From assembly GCA_947085985.1 (NCBI GenBank), contig CAMTYL010000004.1, positions 150,885 to 214,884 on the forward strand: a DNA stretch of 64,000 bases, given 5' to 3'. The position numbers were made by a program, and so were the translations under genes. This DNA is from an uncultured bacterium. GTDB lineage: Bacteria > Patescibacteriota > Minisyncoccia > Phycocordibacterales > Phycocordibacteraceae. The notes below the pieces were generated by a model that ran no database searches, had not been told where the DNA came from, and saw only the letters and a list, made by a program, of their open reading frames with translations. Below are positions 45,265 through 56,200 of the stretch, piece by piece. Position 1 is the first letter of the stretch, and every line of letters begins with the position of its first letter.

Positions 45265-45729
45265 CTAGAGCGTATCAGACGCTGGCATTCGTGCACGAGT
45301 CTCGTGTACTGAAAGAGTACCGTCTTTGCGTGAGACAACGCATACGACGTCCACAGGTTCGTCCCAGGGCTTGCGGGCAAGTGGGGTGGGGGAGAGTTGA
45401 TCGTCAAAACAAAACCCGATGCGTAGCCACTCTACTGGAGCCACTGCCAGGAAGCGGTCGTACCATCCGCCGCCCTGACCAAGGCGAGTACCAAGCACAT
45501 CAAACCTGCGCCCTGGCAGCAATATGGCAGCAGGAAGCTCGCCTAGGGTGGCGCAGGCGCGTGCAGCTTCCTCAGACGGGTTAAGAGACGCGCGTGGTGC
45601 TATTTTGTGTTGTGTAGCAGTCTTCGGCAAATTGAAAAGGAGCTCAAAATCTACCTCCGTGCGGAGTGGTTGATACGTTACAAAGGCTCCAAAAGGGGCA
45701 AGAAAAGCAAATTCCAATTTTCTATTCAT
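45265..45729 (-). CDS. 5-formyltetrahydrofolate cyclo-ligase family protein
   Basis: GQGGGWYDRFL signature. Confidence 0.7.
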   Translation of the reverse strand: MNRKLEFAFLAPFGAFVTYQPLRTEVDFELLFNLPKTATQHKIAPRASLNPSEEAARACATLGELPAAILLPGRRFDVLGTRLGQGGGWYDRFLAVAPVEWLRIGFCFDDQLSPTPLARKPWDEPVDVVCVVSRKDGTLSVHETRARMPASDTL

Positions 45730-45750
45730 GTGCCGTATACTAACAATACT

Positions 45751-46419
45751 ATGGCAATAAACGCTGGAATTTTTGGAGACGGCACCAATCTAAAGGACCG
45801 GTATATTCCTGACCAAAAGAAGCTAGCTAGTCAGGTGAAGCATTGGAAAGAGCTTGGGTTGCGGGTGGTGCTTACCTCCGGAACATATGATCTGTTCCAC
45901 GTCGGGCACGCGGAGTATTTGGAGCAGGCGAAAAAGCAGGGAGATCTGCTCATCGTTGGTGTTGATAGTGATGCGAAGGTGCGGGAACGCAAGGGTCCAC
46001 ATCGTCCAGTAGTGCCAGAAGGGGAGCGAGTTAAGATTTTGTCGCATCTCCGACACGTAGATGCAATAACCTTAAAGCCACCAAAAGAGAAAGCGAACGC
46101 ACTTATAAAGTTGATCAGGCCAGATGTGTTGGTACTCTCGAAAAGTACAAAGCACAAGAAAGAGGATATAGAAGAAAAGAAAAAGTATTGCGGCAAGGTT
46201 GTACTTCTTCCACCTCAAGCCGAGACCTCAACAAGTGCTAAGGTCCGTCTCCTGCACACTAGTGGAGCCGGTAAGTTTGCCGAAGAAATCACTCCGAAGC
46301 TCTCTTCCATGGTTGAGCAGAAACTTGCCCACAGCTCCAAACAACTCGCCCAGGCAATCGCGAGCGATATTCCACGGCTGATTGAAGAGACGTTGCGAGC
46401 AATAGAGAAAAAGAAGTAG
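45751..46419 (+). CDS. cytidylyltransferase-like nucleotidyltransferase (TagD/RfaE-domain-II-like)
   Basis: VLTSGTYDLFHVGHAEYLEQAKKQGDLLIVGVDSD (HxGH motif). Confidence 0.6.
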   Translation: MAINAGIFGDGTNLKDRYIPDQKKLASQVKHWKELGLRVVLTSGTYDLFHVGHAEYLEQAKKQGDLLIVGVDSDAKVRERKGPHRPVVPEGERVKILSHLRHVDAITLKPPKEKANALIKLIRPDVLVLSKSTKHKKEDIEEKKKYCGKVVLLPPQAETSTSAKVRLLHTSGAGKFAEEITPKLSSMVEQKLAHSSKQLAQAIASDIPRLIEETLRAIEKKK

Positions 46420-46421
46420 TC

Positions 46422-47252
46422 ATGCAGACCCTTATTGCTTATGTACCTGTTCTGCATGAGGGATACAGGAAGTTCTTTGAATCGGTAGAGGGAGAGAGGA
46501 GGTTATTCATACTAGATTCGTCACTCATAACCGAATTTTCAGAGCTCCGAAAAGAAATACGAGAACTCAAACCGGAACTGATGGTACAAGCCATTGAGGC
46601 GCTCGGCATTTTTTCAAGTGTTGAATTGCTGGATGCCAAAAATGCAATTGAGATGAACGAAGCCGGTGTGGAAATCATCATGCCAGACGAAGAGGTGGCA
46701 AGAAAACTCACGGAAACGTACTTCTCACGCGCATCTGTAGAATACCGCCCAATATTCTTGCGCTGGGACAAACACAATTCTCTGCAAGAGAGACCGGTTG
46801 TGCCAGACGAATACATTACGAGGGAGACCCTCCATCGGAAGTTAATGGATACTGCAGAAGCAGAAGCAAAAAAGAGCTCAGATAATTGGCGACATGTTGG
46901 CGGCCTTGTTAGCCGGGATGGGGTAGTGTTGTTGCAGTCTCATAACACGCACCTCCCAAGCGAGCACACTCCGTACGTTAACGGGGATCCACGCAATAAT
47001 TTTCATAAAGGGGACCACATAGAGTTCTCTTCAGCACTCCATGCAGAAGCGGGATTGATTTCTGAGGCGGCAAGACGGGGAATTGCACTTGAAGGCTGCG
47101 ACATGTATGTAACTGTCTTTCCGTGTCCTCCCTGCGCCAAGTTAATAGCAAACGCAGGGATAAAAAATCTGTACTGCGGAGGCGGATATGGAGTACTCGA
47201 CGGTGAAGAGGTGCTAAAAAGTGCAGGAGTGAGTATACGGTACGTTGAATAA
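46422..47252 (+). CDS. dCMP deaminase with N-terminal extension
   Basis: C-terminal HAEAGLI...PCPPCAKLIANAGI zinc-binding deaminase motifs. Confidence 0.7.
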   Translation: MQTLIAYVPVLHEGYRKFFESVEGERRLFILDSSLITEFSELRKEIRELKPELMVQAIEALGIFSSVELLDAKNAIEMNEAGVEIIMPDEEVARKLTETYFSRASVEYRPIFLRWDKHNSLQERPVVPDEYITRETLHRKLMDTAEAEAKKSSDNWRHVGGLVSRDGVVLLQSHNTHLPSEHTPYVNGDPRNNFHKGDHIEFSSALHAEAGLISEAARRGIALEGCDMYVTVFPCPPCAKLIANAGIKNLYCGGGYGVLDGEEVLKSAGVSIRYVE

Positions 47253-47260
47253 ACGGAGCC

Positions 47261-47707
47261 CTATCCGAGTTTTACGCGAACGGATTCGTGGTCTGGGGCT
47301 TCAACATCCCCCATAAGAAGATGGGCGTGTAAGTGCGCAACACTGCTTCCTGTGTATTTACTTTCACCAAAGCGCATAAAGAATGAGCCGCCCGGGATAG
47401 AAAAATGTTTTGTGGCCCATGACATAAGCGCGAACAAATCCCCAGTCTCTGTGGCAGTGAGCAAGGAAGGGTCCTCAATATGTGTTGGTTTATATACAAA
47501 AATGAAGTGATACTTCGTTCCTGCATACGGACTCATGTTCTCGGTGAAGTACCAGTAGTCAGTCTCCTTAAGAACTGGCTTTGGGTGATATGTAGAAAAA
47601 TACTCCTTGCAGAAAGGGCAAACCCCGTCCTGCTGGATTTGCTCCATTAGCTTTCTCTGTTCCTCGGTGCGTGCGTTCCCTATATTGAGCAGATGCGCCT
47701 TGCTCAT
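47261..47707 (-). CDS. HIT-family hydrolase
   Basis: HLHAHLL histidine triad. Confidence 0.75.
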   Translation of the reverse strand: MSKAHLLNIGNARTEEQRKLMEQIQQDGVCPFCKEYFSTYHPKPVLKETDYWYFTENMSPYAGTKYHFIFVYKPTHIEDPSLLTATETGDLFALMSWATKHFSIPGGSFFMRFGESKYTGSSVAHLHAHLLMGDVEAPDHESVRVKLG

Positions 47708-48588
47708 ACAGCGACAGGAATACCCTTAATTGGGTCGTGTGGCTCGTAGTCCGACAACTCGAAGTCGTCGGCGCGGTACGCAAAGACATCGTCTTTTTTG
47801 TTTACCATCGTAACTGTTGGAAGCCGTCGTGGCTCGCGCGCAAGCATTTCTTCCATCAAGGGAATCTGGTCAACATAGATGTGGGCGTCCGAAACACTGT
47901 GAACAAATTCATATGGCTCTGTTCCAGTCGCGTGAGCAATCATCATGAGTAGTGCCGCATACTGCACCATGTTGGATGGTACTCCAACAGGAAAGTCTGC
48001 CGAGCGCTGGAACATGTGGAGGGTCAGTTTGTTATTGATGATGCGTAAATGGATCCATCCATGACAAGGAGCAACAACTACTTTTTGTTGCTTTCCTTCA
48101 CCTCGAATTATGTACTGTGGAATCCAAGGAGAGATAAAGTGTGTTCGGAGGTGTGGGAACTCAATCATCTGCTCAATAATGTTCTGAATCTGGTTGTACG
48201 GCACTCCTTCTGCGGTGGGGAAATCGTGGAATGCGGCGCCATACGAACCTGGCCCCAAGTCACCCACATCTAAACCGCGCTTCGCGGCCTTCTCAGGAGT
48301 TCCCCAGGGTGTCCAAAATTTACAACCGAAAGCCTCAAGCTCTTCGAGTGTGCGTGCGCCGTTTATGAAAGCGCAGATTTCTCCAATTGAACCTTTCCAG
48401 AACCCTTTAATGCTCCGCTCAGTAATCATGGGGAACCCATTCTCAAGCTTGAAGTGCATTGGCGGTGGAGCAATCACTGTGAGTGCGTCCACTCCTTGCT
48501 GGCTTTTCACCACCTCGCCATTCTCCAAAATGTATCGAATACGGTCACGATACTGAGTGTCTGGTGCGCGCTCCGAGAATGGTTTCAT
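47704..48588 (-). CDS. thyA: thymidylate synthase
   Basis: PCHGWIHLRI, LHMFQRSADFPVGVPSNMVQYA motifs. ATG at 48588 gives 294 aa. The longer ORF-track form is antisense to dut. Confidence 0.9.
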   Translation of the reverse strand: MKPFSERAPDTQYRDRIRYILENGEVVKSQQGVDALTVIAPPPMHFKLENGFPMITERSIKGFWKGSIGEICAFINGARTLEELEAFGCKFWTPWGTPEKAAKRGLDVGDLGPGSYGAAFHDFPTAEGVPYNQIQNIIEQMIEFPHLRTHFISPWIPQYIIRGEGKQQKVVVAPCHGWIHLRIINNKLTLHMFQRSADFPVGVPSNMVQYAALLMMIAHATGTEPYEFVHSVSDAHIYVDQIPLMEEMLAREPRRLPTVTMVNKKDDVFAYRADDFELSDYEPHDPIKGIPVAV

Positions 48589-48642
48589 GAGGTAAATAGT
48601 AGCATCTGTGAGGGGTTGTGGCAGGGGTGGTAGAATCTCGGT

Positions 48643-49074
48643 ATGAAGGTCCAGATACGACGAAGTGACAAGGAGGTTGCGCTCCCAGAATATAAGACTT
48701 CCGGAGCTGCTGCTATGGACTGTGCTGTGCGAGAGGACGTGGTTATAGCACCTCGAAGCATTGGATACGCCCCACTTAATTTCTCGCTTAAGCCACCGCC
48801 CGGCCATTTCGTTATGATGGCCGCAAGAAGTTCTTTGCATAAGCGAGGGCTTATGATGGCAAACGGTGTAGCCATTTTTGACGAGGACTACTGTGGAGAC
48901 GAGGACGAATTTAAGGTGATTTTCTATAATTTTACTGACGAAGCAGTGGAGATTAAAAAGGGGGAACGAGTTACTCAAATAATGGTGATTCCCGTTGAGC
49001 GGACTGAGTTAGAAGAAGTTGGGTCGCTTGGAAGTCCTGCGCGAGGAGGAATTGGTTCTACCGGAAACACCTAA
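48643..49074 (+). CDS. dut: dUTP diphosphatase
   Basis: SGAAAMDCAV, RSSLHKRG and GDEDEF dUTPase motifs. Confidence 0.85.
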   Translation: MKVQIRRSDKEVALPEYKTSGAAAMDCAVREDVVIAPRSIGYAPLNFSLKPPPGHFVMMAARSSLHKRGLMMANGVAIFDEDYCGDEDEFKVIFYNFTDEAVEIKKGERVTQIMVIPVERTELEEVGSLGSPARGGIGSTGNT

Positions 49075-49138
49075 GAACGAAACGGCTTATGAGATAAGAA
49101 CTGGTCGACCCATATTCCACCACTTAACCCCACATCCT

Positions 49139-50404
49139 ATGGATTACTACGCACACATCAAAAAAGAGGACAGCGACGTATACGATGCAATTGTCGGAGA
49201 AGAGAAACGCCAGGCAGAAGGTCTGGAACTTATTCCAAGTGAGAACTATGTATCAAGCGCAGTGCGCGAGGCGATGGCAAGTGTGCTCACCAATAAATAC
49301 TCGGAAGGGTACCCAGGCAAGCGTTACTACGGCGGGCAAGAGTTTACCGACCAAGTAGAGCGTATCGCTATAGCGCGCGCCTGTGAGCTCTTTGGTGCGA
49401 AGTTTGCAAACGTGCAGCCACTTGGAGGAGCCAACGCAAACATTGCCACCTACATGGCACTCCTTGGGCCGGGGGACACAATTTTGGGCATGGACCTCTC
49501 CCATGGCGGACACCTCACCCATGGGCACCCGGTGACCTACATTAGCAAAATCTTCAACTTCATCCGCTACAAGATGAAGGATATTGAGACGGGCGAAATT
49601 GATTACGGCGAGCTGCGTGAGACCGCGCTTCGAGAGCGACCAAAGGTAATTCTTGCTGGATTCTCTGCGTACCCACGCGAGCTTGATTGGAAGCGTATCG
49701 CTGATATTGCACACGAGGTGGACGCACTTGCGGTTGCAGACGTGGCGCATATCGCAGGACTTATCGCAGGGGGCGCTGCAGAGAATCCCTTTACGCACGG
49801 CTTTGATGTAATGACCACCACCACCCACAAGACGCTGCGTGGTCCACGTGGCGGCATGATACTTGTGCGCGAAAGCGAGGAGATTGCGAAGAAAATTGAT
49901 AAAGCGGTATTCCCAGGACTCCAGGGTGGTCCGCACATGCACCAGATTGCTGCAAAGGCCATCGCTTTTAGAGAAGCGCTTCAACCGTCTTTTAAGGACT
50001 ACGCGCAGCAGGTAGTAAAGAACGCTGCGGCCATGGCAGGAGTATTCACCGAAGGAGGCGTGCGCCTTATCACTGGCGGCACGAGCAATCACCTTATCCT
50101 GGCTGATGTGTGGGGCTCACTCCAGATTTCCGGGCACGACGCAGAGACACTGCTGGATAGAGCGGGCATTACTCTTAACAAAAACACGATTGCAGACGAC
50201 ACGCGAAAGCCACTAGACCCGTCCGGCATCCGCTTTGGAACACCAGCGATGACGACCAGAGGACTAAACGAAGAAGACTCGCGCGAAGTGGCTCGCATCA
50301 TGCTGGAGGTACTTCAAAAGCGCGACGACGAAACGGTGGCAAAAGCCAGCGAACGCGTCAAAGCGCTCGCGCACAAGTACCCAGTGCCAGAATCATTTCT
50401 ATAG
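49139..50404 (+). CDS. glyA: serine hydroxymethyltransferase
   Basis: LIPSENYVSSAVREA and the PLP-lysine segment TTTTHKTLRGPRGG. Confidence 0.9.
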   Translation: MDYYAHIKKEDSDVYDAIVGEEKRQAEGLELIPSENYVSSAVREAMASVLTNKYSEGYPGKRYYGGQEFTDQVERIAIARACELFGAKFANVQPLGGANANIATYMALLGPGDTILGMDLSHGGHLTHGHPVTYISKIFNFIRYKMKDIETGEIDYGELRETALRERPKVILAGFSAYPRELDWKRIADIAHEVDALAVADVAHIAGLIAGGAAENPFTHGFDVMTTTTHKTLRGPRGGMILVRESEEIAKKIDKAVFPGLQGGPHMHQIAAKAIAFREALQPSFKDYAQQVVKNAAAMAGVFTEGGVRLITGGTSNHLILADVWGSLQISGHDAETLLDRAGITLNKNTIADDTRKPLDPSGIRFGTPAMTTRGLNEEDSREVARIMLEVLQKRDDETVAKASERVKALAHKYPVPESFL

Positions 50405-50406
50405 AC

Positions 50407-50997
50407 ATGGAAGAAATAGAAATTAAATTCCTGGACATAGAAAAGGAAAAGCTCGAGGCGCAGCTTAAAGAAATAGGAGCAGAGAAGGTGGGTGTGTATC
50501 ACTATCGCAGGGTTATCTTTGATCACTCTGATTTCAGACTTGATAAAACATCCGCGTTTCTTAGACTTCGTGATGAAGGGGAGAAAACTACGTTGGCCTT
50601 CAAGCAGAGACTTGGGGTTGTGGCCGACAGTCTTGCTGGGGACGATGACGGAATGTACGAAAAGGAGGTGGTAGTTAGCGACTTTGATGCGACAAGAGAG
50701 ATACTACTGCGCACTGGACTCGTAGAGAAGATGTACCAAGAAAATTACCGTACACGATATGTTCTTGATGGGGTTGAGTACGACATAGACGAGTGGCCAC
50801 TACTACCGGCGTATCTTGAAATTGAAGGTCAAGACTGGGAGCAGGTGTACGCTGCAGCTGCAGCTCTCGGGTTAAGAAAAGAAGACGCCAAGAAATTCAC
50901 AGCAAATCAAGTGTATAAGCTTAGTGGCCTTGATGACCGAAACTATTCAAAACTCACATTTGATGAGCAGATACTGAAGACAGAGAACTTGTTTTAG
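50407..50997 (+). CDS. CYTH-domain protein (triphosphatase/class IV adenylate cyclase fold)
   Basis: EIEIKFL N-terminal signature, 196 aa. Confidence 0.7.
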   Translation: MEEIEIKFLDIEKEKLEAQLKEIGAEKVGVYHYRRVIFDHSDFRLDKTSAFLRLRDEGEKTTLAFKQRLGVVADSLAGDDDGMYEKEVVVSDFDATREILLRTGLVEKMYQENYRTRYVLDGVEYDIDEWPLLPAYLEIEGQDWEQVYAAAAALGLRKEDAKKFTANQVYKLSGLDDRNYSKLTFDEQILKTENLF

Positions 50998-51017
50998 TTT
51001 TCTGCTACTATCGCGGT

Positions 51018-52718
51018 ATGGAAGACGCTATTAGAAAGGCTACAGAAACGGCGCTCGCTGAAGCGGGTGCTGAGAGCGTGACCTTTGCCGTTGAATGGCC
51101 AGCAGACCTCGCCCACGGTGACTACGCCGTGAATGCTGCTATGGCAGCCGCTAAGGGGCTTGGCAAGAATCCTCGCGAGTTGGCCGAGGCTCTCGCGCCA
51201 ACTATTGCGCGCGAGCTTGGTGCGCTTGCGGCAAGTGTAGAAGTGGCAGGACCTGGGTTCATAAATATTCGTCTATCAGCTTCTGCAGTCGCAGAGAGTC
51301 TCGTTGGCGCAACGGACAGTACGTGGGGAACGGGTACTGCGCGCGTGGCAGAGAAGATTGCATTTGAGTATTCGTGCCCGAATCCATTTAAGGAAATGCA
51401 CATCGGGCACCTGATGAGCACCGTCATTGGTGAGGCATGCTCGCGCATTATTGAGAGTCAGGGCGCGCGCGTCCTTCGCGACACATACGGGGGCGATGTT
51501 GGCCCACACGTGGCAAAGGCCATCTGGGCTCTTCAGAAGAAAGGAATTACTGAGCCCTCCACGGCGCGTGAGCTTGGAGATGCGTACACGCACGGTTCTC
51601 GTTCGTATGAAGAAAGCGAGACCGCAAAGATTGAAATTGATGCGCTCAACACCAGACTCTACCAAACACTCGCAAAAGATGAGGCGGAGCGAACGAGCGA
51701 GGACCGTGAGTTGCTAGAGCTGTGGCGCCACGGACGTGATGTTTCCTACGACGCGCACAAGAGCGTTTGGAAGTTGCTTGGAACAGAGTTTGATTACATC
51801 CTGCACGAAAGCGACACAACCCCAATCGGTATGCGGGTGGTGAATGACGGTCTTGCTAAGGGAGTGTTCGCAGAGAGTGAGGGTGCAGTGATTTATCGCG
51901 GAGAAGAGAAGGGTCTCCACACGCTCGTATTTATTACGAGCCGTGGCACGCCTACCTACGAAACAAAAGAAATGGGTCTTGCGTTTATGAAGGAGGAACA
52001 GTTGGGGCCGCTCGACCACTCCTACATCATGACTGCCGCAGAGCAGTCCGGACACTTTGCAGTATTTCTTGCAGCTCTTGAAGAAGTGGCACCAGAGCTG
52101 GCCCGCCACACCTATCACATGCCACACGGGTTCCTGCGCCTTACTACCGGCAAGATGTCGTCGCGCGAGGGAAGTGTCATTACTGCAAAGGAATTTCTTG
52201 AGGGACTTATTGAAAAGGCGAGCGAGCGAAACCCTGACCCGCTCATCAGTACACAGGTAGCAGTGGGTGCTGCGAAGTATTTGATACTGCGCCAAGCGCC
52301 AGGAGGGGACGTCATCTTTGATGTGGAGAAGTCACTGTCGCTTGATGGCGACTCGGGGCCATACCTGCAGTACGCACTTGTGCGCGCAAAGAGCATCCTC
52401 GCACAAGTCTCAACGAAGAATTCAGGAATGGGAAACACTACCATATATGGTAGTAATTCTGATGGTGAGATTGAAGTGCTTGCAAGAATGATTGCTCGAT
52501 TCCCGGAAGTGGTGCGCCGAGCGGAAGCACTTCAGGCACCGCATGCAATAACCCAATATCTCACTCAGCTCGCGAGCGAGTGGAACTCGTACTACGCGTC
52601 AGGAAAAATTATTGGAAGCACGGACGAGGAGAACAAGATTGCTCTCGTGAAAGCATTTGCAAGAACGATGGAGAACGGGCTCACGCTTCTTGGAATCCCA
52701 GCACCAGAGAGAATGTAG
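51018..52718 (+). CDS. argS: arginine--tRNA ligase
   Basis: HIGH motif (MHIGHLMSTVIG), KMSSR segment and C-terminal DALR anticodon-binding domain. Confidence 0.9.
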   Translation: MEDAIRKATETALAEAGAESVTFAVEWPADLAHGDYAVNAAMAAAKGLGKNPRELAEALAPTIARELGALAASVEVAGPGFINIRLSASAVAESLVGATDSTWGTGTARVAEKIAFEYSCPNPFKEMHIGHLMSTVIGEACSRIIESQGARVLRDTYGGDVGPHVAKAIWALQKKGITEPSTARELGDAYTHGSRSYEESETAKIEIDALNTRLYQTLAKDEAERTSEDRELLELWRHGRDVSYDAHKSVWKLLGTEFDYILHESDTTPIGMRVVNDGLAKGVFAESEGAVIYRGEEKGLHTLVFITSRGTPTYETKEMGLAFMKEEQLGPLDHSYIMTAAEQSGHFAVFLAALEEVAPELARHTYHMPHGFLRLTTGKMSSREGSVITAKEFLEGLIEKASERNPDPLISTQVAVGAAKYLILRQAPGGDVIFDVEKSLSLDGDSGPYLQYALVRAKSILAQVSTKNSGMGNTTIYGSNSDGEIEVLARMIARFPEVVRRAEALQAPHAITQYLTQLASEWNSYYASGKIIGSTDEENKIALVKAFARTMENGLTLLGIPAPERM

Positions 52719-52753
52719 GGTTGCAAATTCTTGAATACGTGCTACTATTAATT

Positions 52754-52981
52754 ATGCCGCGATTAACCGCGGTGTTCTTAATTGAGGGGGACATTTTGTC
52801 CGAGAGCTACGAAGACCAGCCGCACGGCAACACGAACCCGCGTCGGCGTGAGCCCACGCACAAGGGCCATGCTCAGAAGACGCTTGAGATGATCGCGCGC
52901 AATTCGGGTGGACGGCCCAAGCCGACCGCCGCGCAACAGCGTCTGCTGTTCGGCGAGTTCAGCTCGCTTCGTCGTCGCTAG
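52754..52981 (+). CDS. small hypothetical protein on GC-rich island 2 (ORF1)
   Basis: 75 aa. ATG 4 nt after a TACTAT box (leaderless-type). Basic C-terminus. Confidence 0.3.
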   Translation: MPRLTAVFLIEGDILSESYEDQPHGNTNPRRREPTHKGHAQKTLEMIARNSGGRPKPTAAQQRLLFGEFSSLRRR

Positions 52982-52998
52982 CGACAGGAGGAAGTCCA

Positions 52999-53235
52999 AT
53001 GGAACGACTTTGTTCACCCGAAGCGGTGGAACAACAAATTCGTTCCATTGGCTTCCCGGTCGCTCTTCATGCGGACGGGCCGAGCGGCATGACCGATCGG
53101 TACTACATCCGCAACGAAGAGTGCCTTCACGAACAAATCCTGCACGCCCTTGCGGCGGCAGAAAAAGACAAAGCGAACGGAGTCCTCGTACTCCCGTTCC
53201 CAAACTCCCGGCGGATGCCGGCCAGGCCTCCATAG
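52999..53235 (+). CDS. small hypothetical protein on GC-rich island 2 (ORF2)
   Basis: 78 aa. Strong AGGAGG RBS 8 nt upstream. Stop lies inside a terminator hairpin. Confidence 0.35.
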   Translation: MERLCSPEAVEQQIRSIGFPVALHADGPSGMTDRYYIRNEECLHEQILHALAAAEKDKANGVLVLPFPNSRRMPARPP

Positions 53236-53250
53236 TGGGGCCTGTTTCAT
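53222..53250 (+). terminator. intrinsic terminator
   Basis: CAGGCC-tccatagtgg-GGCCTG followed by TTTCATTTT. Confidence 0.55.
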
Positions 53251-53282
53251 TTTAGGTAGTAAAACGCTAGGATAGAGAAATC

Positions 53283-56200
53283 ATGGCCGAACAAGAGAAA
53301 TCAGAGCTTGTTGCAAGAGAAGAGGCAATACTCGCTTTTTGGAACAAAGAGCAGATTTTTGAGAAGACACTCACCAAGCCCGCGCCGAAGGGAGATTTTG
53401 TATTTTATGAGGGCCCACCAACTGCAAACGGGCGCCCTGGTATCCACCACCTAGAACCACGATCATTCAAGGACGCGCTTCCGCGCTACAAAACTATGCG
53501 TGGCTATCGTGTGCCGCGTCGCGCGGGGTGGGATACGCACGGTCTCCCGGTTGAGCTTGAGGTAGAGAAACAACTTGGCTTCAAGGGTAAGCAAGATATT
53601 GAGACGTACGGCATTGCGGCCTTCAACAAGAAGTGCCGCGAGAGCGTGCTGACCTATATTGATGAGTGGAAGGCGTTCACTGAGCGCATCGGCTACTGGG
53701 TAAACTTCAACACTGCCTACTTTACGTACAACGCTCCCTACATGGAGTCCCTGTGGAACATCATGAAGAAGGTAGACACTGATGGCAGGCTCTACAAGGA
53801 CTACAAAGTACTGCCGTGGTGTGTGAAGTGCGGGACAGCACTTTCTAGTCACGAACTCGCCCAAGGGTACGAGGATGTAAAGGATTTGTCGCTCACGGTG
53901 AAGTTCAAAGTGGTAGGTGAGGAGAATACCTACTTCCTCGCATGGACCACGACGCCGTGGACTCTGCCTGGGAATGTGGGGCTCGCGGTGGGGAAGGATG
54001 TTGTGTACGGAAAGTACACGAATAACGGAGAGACTGTCATTATTGCAAAAGCATTGGAGCGAAAGCTCGGTGAAGGGTGGGTGCTTGCTGAGGAAGTCGC
54101 TGGTAGTGAGCTTGTTGGAAAATCGTACGAGCCACTCTACCCATTTGCAAAGGACATTGCTGCAAAAACAGAAGTAGAAAAGTTTGCGAATGCATACAAA
54201 GTGTACGCGGCAGATTTCGTAACCACCGAAGACGGGACGGGTATCGTACACACCGCCGTCATGTACGGACAAGAAGATTTTGATTTGGGACAAAAGGTTG
54301 GTCTGCCAAAGGTGCACCTGGTAGCACCAGACGGCACCTTCGTACAAGGCACGGGAATGTTTGAAGGGAAGTCAGTCATTGATGCGGAAACAAATGTTGA
54401 GGTATTGAAGGACCTGCAGGCCCGCGGACTCTACTTCTCTAAGGAGAGTTACAACCACTCCTACCCACACTGTTGGCGCAGCAAGAACCGCCTCATCTAC
54501 TACGCACGCGATTCGTGGTACATCCGCATGCAGGATTTGCGCGATACGCTCATTGCGGAGAACAAGAAGATTAATTGGGAGCCCGCGCACATTCGTGACG
54601 GGCGAATGGGCGAGTGGCTTTCTAATGTAAAGGACTGGGCTATTAGTCGTGAGCGCTACTGGGGTACGCCGCTTCCCGTATGGCGAAGTGAAAATGGAGA
54701 AGAACAGCTGGTGATTGGTTCGGTAGAAGAGTTAAAGAAGTATACGAAGCGAAGCGGAAATCGGTACGTGGCTATGCGCCACGGGGAATCAGAGAACAAT
54801 GTCGCAAACATTGTGGACTGCACTAACGAGAAGAAGTGGCCGCTGACACAGAAGGGTCACGAGCAGGTACGCTCTGCCGCCGTTTCACTCAAAGAAAAGG
54901 GAATTGAACTGATTTACGCATCTCCGTTTGAGCGCGCACAAGAAACGGCGCGCGTAGTAGCGGCTGAGCTCGGTCTTTCCTTAGAAAGTATCGTCACTGA
55001 CGAGCGTATAAAGGAAATAAATGCAGGAACCCTTTGTGATAAATCACTAGACGAATTCCTAGCGTACCGTAAGGTGCATGCGTACGAAGAGCCGCTGCCG
55101 GGAGGCGAGAGTCATCTAGACGCGAAGCGTCGCTTTGGTGCTTTCTTGTACGACCTGGAGGAACAGCACGCGAACAAAACCATACTGATTGTCACGCACG
55201 GTATTGGGCTTGAGATGTTCATGCCGGTCATTGCGGGAAGTGATGCGCGCGCTACCCAGGCAATGGTAGAGAACGACCTGCCGGTAAATGCAGAAGTGCG
55301 CGAGCTTGATTTCGTGCCACTGCCACATAACGACGACTACGAGCTTGATCTGCACCGCCCATATATTGATGATGTAGTGCTCGTAAGTGAGAAGGGAACC
55401 AAGCTTCGCCGTGTAAAGGAGGTAATGGATGTCTGGTTTGACTCAGGCGCCATGCCCTTTGCACAGGCTCACTATCCGTTCGCAAAAGAGGCGCCAGCAT
55501 TTCCTGCCGACTTTATTTCAGAGGCTATTGATCAGACGCGTGGCTGGTTCTACACACTGCTTGCCGTTTCTGTATTGATGGGGAAGGGGACGCCATACCG
55601 AAACGTAATTTGTCTCGGACACTTGCTTGATGAGAAGGGAAAGAAGATGAGTAAGTCTTTGGGGAACGTCATTGTTCCAGCGGACGCTATTGCAACGTAT
55701 GGTGTGGATACGCTGCGCTTCTGGATGTACTACGTCAATCAGCCTGGCGACTCAAAGAACTTTGACGATAAGACCGTGCGCGAAGCCGCTCGTGTTATCT
55801 CGTGGCTAGATAACAGCGCCAAATTCTACGAACTCTTTGCAGCAGGAAGTCAGTCATCACAAAAGACCGCACTTGATGAATGGATGCTCGCGCGCACTAA
55901 TCAAACAGTGAAGACTGTAACGGAGGCCATGGACCGCTATGACCTCTACACAGCGTCGCGCACCATCGCGCTCTTGCTGGAAGATGTCTCGCAGTGGTAC
56001 GTGCGCCGTATTCGCGATAGAGCGCGCGACGGTGATGCTGCTGCACTTTCCACACTCCGCGAAACACTCAAGACCTGTGCTCTTCTCATTGCGCCACTTG
56101 CTCCGTTTGTGGCAGAAGATGTGTACCGAATTGTAAAGAGTACAGAGGACGCAGAGAGTGTGCATCTAGCTAACTGGCCTGAGGTACAGGCGGGTATCTT

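Noticed and set aside
48589-48978. N-terminal 130-aa extension of the thyA ORF
   Set aside because: Antisense to dut. ThyA homology begins at the ATG at 48588.
52778-53255. 151-aa minus ORF and 115-aa plus ORF on GC-rich island 2
   Set aside because: Arg/Leu/Ser-rich antisense-type composition. The two plus-strand small ORFs have RBS or promoter support.
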